Of a stretch of DNA of 64,000 nt, positions 55,764 to 64,000 are shown piece after piece; position 1 is the first letter of the stretch; each line of letters begins with the position of its first letter. The position numbers and the translations under genes are program-made. The notes beneath the pieces are model-generated. The model did not search any database, had not been told where the DNA came from, and saw only the letters and a list, made by a program, of their open reading frames with translations. This DNA is from Phaeosaccion multiseriatum (Eukaryota; Protista; Ochrophyta, other classes). The DNA lies in NCBI GenBank assembly GCA_965112735.1, contig OZ218963.1, positions 1,550,001 through 1,614,000 on the forward strand. Reading direction: 5' to 3'.

Positions 55764-58700
55764 TTAGAGAAGCGGGGGAAGCAACAGCGCTTTTTGAAAG
55801 GCAGCAGTGCTACCCACGGAAGGATGCAAGGGGGGGTCCCCTCCGACCAGAGCCACCAGAGGAGGAGCAGTAGGGGCACCAGGAGCCCTCTTCGGCGGCG
55901 CCACCGCCGCCCCCCTGTTGAGTACCATGTCCAGAGCCTTCATAAGGTCAATGTGACTCATCTCCAGCGAGTAGATGCGATTCTTCAGATCTCTGTACGC
56001 ATCCTCCCCCAAAGCCTTTCGGAGTGGATCGCACGTTTCACTATCCTCCTCCTCGTCGTCGCCCTCTCCGTCACCAACACCCCCCTCCTTTTCTTCACCG
56101 CCTTGAAGCTCCTTTTTTCTTTCTTTCTTTCCCTTTCCAGCCTTCTCCTCCTCCTCCTCCCCCTCCTTCGCCTCTGATAGGGCCACGGCTCGTCGTTGCT
56201 TTATCTTCTTTAGTCTCCTCTCGTCCTCATCCTCTTCATCGTCGACGTCGTCTTTGTCATCATTGCTGAATATCCAGTCCTGAGATGTGGAAAGAGAAGG
56301 GGCAGGGGTCGGAGCATCAGGACGCGAACATTTCAAGCAAGAACAAACCTAGCTACGCATAACACACAAACACACACGCGCGCGCGCGCTCGAGCCTGAT
56401 CATAGCATTCACTTGCTTTTGTTCCGTGGTTGACTTTCTTTCGTTTCGATTGTCACTCACCACCGCAGCTTTACATTTGGTAACGATAGCCGCCTTGATG
56501 CGCAGCAGATCATAGGAGAATGGATCGTGCATGTGCAGAGCTTCTTGCCGCAGCAACTCCACCCTCACAGCCTCGTAGGACTTGTCCACAGTCGCCAAGA
56601 ACATAGACATAACCACGAAGAACCTAGTACACGTTCACACGTATGCATACATAAGCAAGATGCAGGAGGGAGAGGGAGAGGGGGAGGCGCAGCGGTAGAG
56701 AGAAGAGAAGGGCAGCGCGAGGGTGGGTGTGAGAATCAGACAAACAAGCAAGTGCATATCGGGCTAGCAATCTTGGTCGACGAGTACCCTCCCAACCATG
56801 CTCTCCTCGACTGCTGGGGCCAATGAGCTGAAACTGAAGCCATCAACTTGTTCCGCGGCTTGTAGTGAGTTTCAGGCGTTCTTCGAGCACATGGAACGGA
56901 AGAGGTGCTTGTACTTGCTCAGAAACACACGCGAACAAGTCCTCGTGAGACGCTCGAACCAGCTTGCTGTACATACACACAAAGTTCGCTACACCTTCCT
57001 TACCCGCCCAGCCCCCTGTTTCTGCCGTCACACCACTCGCTGAACTTGCTGACTAACTAGTTGACTAGCTAGCTGTCTATTGGCTGACTAGCTGGCTGCC
57101 TAGCTATCTACTCACATCAGGAATACGTAGGAGAGGAAGAGCATAGTGCCGCAGATGGGCGATGCCTGCTTGATGGCCTGAAAGTCGAAGTCGCCGAGCA
57201 GCATGCTGAAGAGCGTTACTATAGACTCGGTCACGTTACGGTAGTCGGGTACAATGTTCCCAATGGCCTGGTGGAACAGAGACGGAGAGAGAGATGACAG
57301 CGAGGGAAATGGAGAAGGAGGGGAGGGGGGGGTGGGAGAAGCGTTGAGGCCAGCGCACAGAGATGCAGTGAGGAGCGGTGGTAAAGAGAGAAGGTCAATC
57401 AAGAGAAGAGCCAAGAGCCATATGGGCGGTATGTTGGCTTTTTCGTTGACATGGGTTCTCTTTCAATCACAGATGCTCAGTGCCAGGCCTTCCTTGCATG
57501 TGTGCATGTACGTGTAGCTATGACTGGGGTGCGAGAGCGGGTTGTGACTGAACCTATCTTACAAGTGTGAAGGCGAGGGAGTAACCAAGGAAGAGAATGA
57601 AGATGATGATGCAGAGCACGAGCATGTCCTTGTAGGCGAGCGCCATGGTGTCGTTGAACTGCGCAAGCTTTTTGTTCGAGTTGAGGTACTTGAAGCACTT
57701 TAAGAAGCAGAGCACGGCGTTCAAGCTGGGGGTGGACACAGCACGTTTTTGGGACGGGGGAGTGGAAGGTGAGGGAGGAGGGCTCCACAGATTCAGGTTG
57801 CACTGGCGCTGAGAAGGGGGTACCTTGCTGAAGAGCTTTACACAGCCCGCCCCCCCCATTTCGTGTGAAGTCACAGACCCCCCAGCTTTGTATTGGTGAA
57901 TTCAACCCTCTCTCGAGGCCGTCGGGCAAATCGATAGGGGCGTGGGAACAGTAAGCACCTTGCTTCGAAGCATTCGGAAAGGGAGCGAGAACGTGGTACT
58001 AGAAGAGGAAAGAGACGGCCAAAAGTGGTCGACCTCATGCCCGCTCATTGCCTATCTCTCGCTTGGCACGGGCCGAATCATACCTGTTCCCACTGTCGAC
58101 AAGAACGCTCATGCTCGCGATTGTGACCATATTGATGTACTCGTCATCGATCAAGTGGTCCCTCAGGGTGTACACCTCGGCTATCACGGCCAGGCGTAGG
58201 CACATGGTGCACACAAAGAGGAAGTAGTTGAGGCAGTCGATCTTGTTCCAGCCTGACTCAAAGTATTTGTCATAGCCCTGTTCACGCAGCTCGCCGTACT
58301 ACACAAGGAAGGGCAGGCAAGTGTCCAGGGCATTGGTATTGGTGGTGGCGAGTGTAGGTGACGAAGATGTAGGCAAGAGCGGCGAACAAGGAGCAGCAGC
58401 CGGAGGGAGGAGAAGCAGTTAAAGAGAAAGACGACACGACAAGAAAGCAAAGCAACCCGAGTCTTTTCTCCCGTTACGGCCCAAAGCTCCCCTCACCAGC
58501 CCACACCATCGATTCTCGCCCCTGCCTGACGCACTGAGAAAGCAAAGGTCTCTCTCGCGGTTCTCGACTCTCTCTGGTGACGGCAGCGCTCCATCCTGCC
58601 CTCGGACCCCCCTCCACCCCCTGCCTTGGCCAGATGGACTATACATGGCACATGCTCACACAAACACACGCGCACACGATCGTCCACGCATACACGCACA

Positions 58701-61309
58701 CACGCACACACGCACACACGCACACACGCACACGCGTACATACACACGTACACACACGTACACGTACGCACCCACCTCTCTGATGATGTAGAAGATGACG
58801 AGGCAGTACAGCACGACTTCCATAGACAGCATGGTGCTTTGGTACAGGTTGGAGTCCAGCTCAAGCACGCGCAAGGGGCGGAGCAGAGGTGCCACTCGGT
58901 CACGGACCGTCACCACCACCGCCTCCGCAGATATGATCTCCATCTGTCGGAAAGGGGCAGAGGACGGAGGGGAAAGCTCGAGTCACATGGGGGTTTGTGC
59001 GGATGGATCGATGGAGGGGGGGGGGGCTCCAAGGGCGAGTGTAGTCACGCGCTACAGATCCTTGGGATCGATCGAGTGGGCCTGCTGACGCTCAGCATCC
59101 CGCGGCTCTTCTTTTCAGTGGAAACCCTACCAAGCCGGCATGGCTTTCAAGAAGATAAGAGTCCTTGAAACCTCCAAAAAAGTTGGGGTGCGCGCGCTGC
59201 CATCCAACTTCCCGGCCTCCGAACAGATTCCCAAACAAGCGCAGCTTTTGTCTTTAGAGACTCCCCTCACCCACTCTCACCCCTTCACACACACACACAC
59301 GCACACAAAGCCGGAGCTGGCTGGGTGGAGCCTTCTCACCGCTGCCGTCTGCACGGAAAAGAAGTCAATAAAGGGGCTGTAGACAGTGTAGTCCAGCAAG
59401 ACCACTCGGGTGCTCGTGTCGATGAAGTCGGACGTCTTGAGTTTCTGCAGCATGAGCGACGCATTGGTGAAGCTGTTGGGCAGGTCTATGGCGTAGCCAG
59501 AGCCTGGGAGGGTTCGGAGGGGGGGGGGAATTGTTGTGTTTGAGAACGAGATACCCGAAAAATGAACAAACACACGGCGGTGCGAAATGTGAGCCGTGGA
59601 GAGACGACACAAAGAGAGAGAGAGAGACGAAAGAGAGCTCTCCCTGGCCTCTCTAGCCTGCAGAGAAGGTTCCCAACGTGTTAGTGTGTTGTATGTGTTG
59701 TACCCTTTTGTAGGGGCGAGTGTGTGTGTGTGTGTGTGTGTGTGCGTGCATGGTGCTTCTACCGCACTCTGCTTCCCATCCAGACCCGACCAGGGGTGGG
59801 GGAGCTATCTGTGGGACCACACCCTTCCCCTACAAAGGTACCTTACCTTCGTACTCTATTCCAGTGCGTAAGGAGGAGAAGGTGGGCATGTCCAGGTCCG
59901 AGGCAAAGGCGATCCCCTCGTGCGGAGTCGAGTTGCGCCCCTCGTCCACGTCTCCATAGCACAGGTCGATGATGTTGGCGAAGGATGAGGGAACGAAGCA
60001 GCCTGAGTCGGCCAGGGATCGCTGAGTACGCAGCCGAGCCCGGCCTATACGCACGTTGGTGTCGTCGCTCAGTAGGTGCGAGGTGGGCTCCTGCAGACTC
60101 CACGTCGTGGTTCCGTTGACCGTCTAGAGCGGAGTGGCGAGGTGTGTATTCAATGCAAGAAGAACTTTAGGTTAAGCGTTGGGGGTGTGTGCGTGTGTGT
60201 ACCACCAAGACCGACCCCTCGTCGTAGGTTTGGTTCCAATTCTCATCGCTTTCCTTATGCCGAGGTGATGTGAGTGCTGTTCTAGGCCCTCTCACACGCT
60301 TACCGTTGATACATTCTCCGATCGATCAGGCAGCCAGTTTGGGAGAAATTGCAACTCCATCCAGTTGAACCACTCATCCACATTATTAATACTGAAAGAG
60401 GAGTAGAAAGTGGAGAGTGAGAGCTTCGCCTCTTACAGAAGCAAGCCTGAGGGCGATAAGGATCACGGCGAGAGCGGACCGGAACCGCTACCTGGCTTGG
60501 TTTGCAGCTGGCAAGGGTTGACCTCAGTAAGACTGCTCCCCGTCTCGATCCTCACCTGTAAAAGTTCTCCTGATACGCATAAGTGGGCTCGTACACCAGC
60601 AGCTCCATTCTGTTGTGCAAATGGTAGGCGAAGGGGGTGCGTGGACCGAAAGTCGCCGCACAAAACACCACTGCAACAACCACCACAACAGCAGCAACAC
60701 CGACACCAACACCAACACCAGCAGTGACGACGAGGATAAGAACAAAAGCACCAGAGGAGGCAGGGGAAAGCAGAAGGGCAGACCAGCCCACGTAAGAATG
60801 CATGAGATTCCAGCCAATGTATACCACATTCGTGTTTCTTCTCCGTCATGAACACAAGCTCTTTTCCCTGCTAGTCCCCACCTCCCCCCCCCCCTCTCTC
60901 TTCTCGGCATCTTACAAAGGAAGCAAAGGTAGTAGAACGCCTCCTTGGTCTCGGCTGTTAGTGTACTCCACCGCATTCCGCCCGCCCTGTCCTGCACCTC
61001 CTTCTCCTCAACAATATGTTCCATATCGACCTTTCGCTGCTCCAATCTGCGCTTGGCGTCTAAGGATGCAGCCATAAGGCTTGCAGATTGAACTTTCAGC
61101 AGAGGAAAGGGGGGCTTTTCCTTGACCATGATGGGCATCATGGGCGACAGATGCTGAGAAGAGTCACCGCTTCCCTCTGTTGCTGCTGCTGCTGCTCCGG
61201 CAACCTTCCCGGGATCAGCAGCAGCGTGAAATGGTCTCACATCGTCCTTCCCCCCCCCCTGCATAGCACCGTATGTGCGCTCAAGCCAGACGAATGCCAA
61301 ACCTTGCAT
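55764..61309 (-). CDS. PKD2: Polycystin-2 (PKD2/TRPP)-like cation channel, multi-exon; start at 61309 or 61264
   Basis: IGRARLRTQR, GSGYAIDL…FIDTSTRVVLLDYTVY, LKCFKYL, LFSMLLGDFDF pore motif, MSMFLATVDKSY, C-terminal coiled coil. Confidence 0.88.
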
Positions 61310-61394
61310 ATTGGCGTTTCCTCTCCGCCGTCGGATATTTTTCCTTACTCTTTTCCCTTTGTCCGCTCCTGTGGGGGGCACTGACTGCAAAAGG

Positions 61395-64000
61395 ATGATA
61401 GCAGCGAAGTCCGGGCTTCGGAGACGCAGGCTGGACGGCGTAATGAGGGAGCTTGATTTGCGGGACGCCTCTGGTACGGATGGGGCCGAGAAACAGGAGC
61501 AAGATGGGGAGGAGGGCACTTTCGGAGAGAAGGACATGGTGGCGAATGGCGCCACCGACTGGCTGGGGGGGAGCAGCTGGCTGAGAGAGGATTCAAATCC
61601 AACTTCCTGGGAGTCGGTCACCGTCGAAGACATTGGAAGCCACATCCTCGAGAGCGGGAGCAGTGGCCTCTCCTTCCCTTTGAGTGAAAAGGCGCGTCAG
61701 TTCTTGGAGGGGAGGGAAAGAGAAGTTTCCTCCCGTGGTCCAGACGCAAGTAGTCGAGGCAATAGTCGAGCTGCGAGGGAGAGGGACCAAATCGTGCTGG
61801 AGCACTTTCGTGTGGGGTATGTGCCTCTTCAGCCACGAGAGGCCGCCAAAGCTCTCCACCGACTAGACGAGCACGCGTACACAACGGCGTGCGAGGAGGG
61901 AAGGGAGGTGTCGCTGAGGATGAGGGGGACCGGAAGAGCCCCCACGGCCCACCTGAGACCTGCCTACGTGAAGCTGCGTACGCTTGGCAGATCCCTCCGA
62001 CCCCACGTAAGATTCCTTCCCTCTCCAAATCGTTGTGTTTGAGCAAAGCAGAAACTTGTCGTCCTTTTAAACTTCTCACCTCGGCCTCTGTCTAGTCATC
62101 ACGGGTCTGGCTCCGTTCCTCCACCTCCCTACCCTCCCTTTGTGCTTTCCCCTCGTGCGACGCCACGTATCGTCTCTCAGCGCCAAGCTTTACTGCGCAA
62201 GATTGAGGACGCTCGAGCCCGTCTGAGCATTGTCAAGGGGGAACTCAACGTAAGAAAGGACCCGCTTAGCCTTACCACCTGGGGCCCGTGGTCGACAGTC
62301 CGATTGAGGGAGCCTCTCTCCTCTTCCCCCCGCTCTCGATAGCGTACTCTAATCACCGTCCTTCGCCCTCCCCTCCTCCTCCAATCCCCCGCACTATCTC
62401 CCCACCCCTCTCTCAGTTATGCCGAGTGAAGCTGGCTTCAAAAAGACGGCGCCTCATTGTCGCTCGAGGCGTATGGGATGAGTGGTGCGAAGCAGCAGAC
62501 CTCACTTATCCCATCGAGGAGGACCAACACGAGCCCGCCCTGCACGCAACGCACAGCCTGAACGAGAGACCGGACTCACGTGCCCAGCAGCAGAAGAACA
62601 CTGAGGAGGGTATAGAAGGGGGGGCGGTAATAGTACCCTCGTCATCTGTGGGGGGGGTAGTAGTAGTACCCTCGTCATCTGTGGGGGGGGTAGTAGTAGT
62701 ACCCTCGTCTGTGGGGCTAGGGGGGAGGGACCTCCTGCGCCCAGTGCTGGGGCATCCGCTTGCAGCAAGGACCTTTGTGGCGTGTGCAGAGGAGTTCGTG
62801 CAACAGGTAGGGGGTGGGGATTCCGGGTTTGTATTGCGTTGTAGACTTAGGTTATTGTGAGGCGTTTGGACAACTTCACCTTTCATCTTTGCTTTTGCTG
62901 TATCGCACTGCTTCCTCGTTGTGAATTGCGTAAATCGGCGGGCAAAGAGAGTAGAGAAAGTGCCGGTGGAGGCACCAGCGTTATGGTGGAAGCTAACCTC
63001 TCTTGAACCGTGTCGGAGAGAGCTCTTCTACCTCTGTCACATCTCATCTGCGCTCGAAAATTTTCGCTCGCTCACTCTCTCGTACTCACACGCAACCCTG
63101 CTTCTCCCTCCCCGATACACATGCACCCACTCGTTCTGCTTCTTTCTCTGTCTTTGCTTTGCTACCTGTGTGTCTGTCCTTATCGTCTTTACTCTCTCTT
63201 CTCTTCTCTGATCTCTTTTCTCTGATCTCTCTTCTATGCTCTCACTTCCTCGCCCTCGCCCCTCTCCCTCTCCCTCTCCCTCTCCCTCTCTCCCTCTGCG
63301 GACGCCTGCAGAAACGACACGGCGGCGAAGAGAAGGGCACACTGTCACCCACTGTACAAGGCGTCTCGGGCGCGACCGTTACATCAGACAGACAGCAGGG
63401 AGAGGGCGAGGTGGGGGGGTCCTCTCCCACACCCCACGCACTGCTCGGCAAGCAAGCAAGGGGGGGGGAGGAGGAGGAGGGACAGAAGCAGGAGGAGGAG
63501 GGACAGCAGCAACAGGAGCAGGAGGAGGGAGAGGCCATTGAGCCCATCGAGCTGTGGAAGGCCATGTGTCGACTCTTCAGCGGCCATGGAGACGCAATGG
63601 TCATGCACATGGAGCACGGTAAGGCACGAGGGGATGGCAGTAGATGGGGTAAATCACTGAAGGGCGGGGCATGGGGAGGTGGATGGATACTTGGAGGAGC
63701 AAGTCGGATTTTTATGGGAGCCTAGAGACCGAGGAGAGAGTCGTCGTTAGTATACGTACACCCACACTTGCGCCACCTCCACCCCTGGTCACAGTCTCAG
63801 TATCATCCGCAGGCCATTCTCTTGTGCTTGCCTCCCACGCCCATCCACGCCTTCCCTCCTGGACCCCTCCCCTCCGTCACCCGTCGTCTTGTTCCATCGT
63901 CGGCTTCGGCAGATTCCGGAGTGTCGCCCTCTGCTGCCATCGAGTTCTGCCAAGACTGGCTGGGGCTCGGCCAGGAATGGTGCCTACCGTTCCTACCGGC
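61395..64000 (+). CDS. Multi-exon gene of unknown function, 5' part, runs off the window
   Basis: ATG at 61395. Open exons ~61395-61907, 62181-62249, 62417-62806 and 63312-63618 bounded by GT/AG with polypyrimidine tracts. No recognisable domain. Confidence 0.55.
62618..62716 (+). repeat. 33-bp coding tandem repeat (GGVVVVPSSSV) x3
   Basis: GGGGGGGTAGTAGTAGTACCCTCGTCATCTGTG-like unit repeated three times. Confidence 0.85.

Overview
Eukaryotic, intron-containing genomic DNA, probably from an alga or protist (inferred from gene content). The first ~40.6 kb is a nest of transposable elements. A Ty1/Copia element (gag from 9993) is interrupted by a young complete Copia (11110-16514, identical LTRs) and by a 12-kb chromodomain Ty3/Gypsy (17626-29678). 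The region also holds solo LTRs, an internally deleted LTR element, a hAT remnant and a piggyBac-like transposon with an ATAT TSD (35873-40608). Two host genes sit among the elements: a sulfotransferase-like gene and a methyltransferase. From 40.7 kb the DNA is gene-dense: phosphatidylserine synthase, SelO, a GT34 glycosyltransferase, a TPR plus PLOD-type glycosyltransferase, a PKD2-like channel and an unknown gene. Three signals stand out. (1) Two families of miniature mobile elements have ~90-bp TGT...ACA terminal repeats that are themselves palindromes. They abut tRNA-like B-box sequence, make 4-5-bp TSDs, and occur as solo, tandem and head-to-head forms. (2) The Gypsy pol carries a Mut-7/WRN-type DEDDy 3'-5' exonuclease between RNase H and integrase, with an apparent UGA-readthrough gag-pol junction. 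(3) Three LTR families lack a canonical tRNA primer-binding site and show self-complementary or palindromic sequence there instead. All calls were made by eye without database searches.
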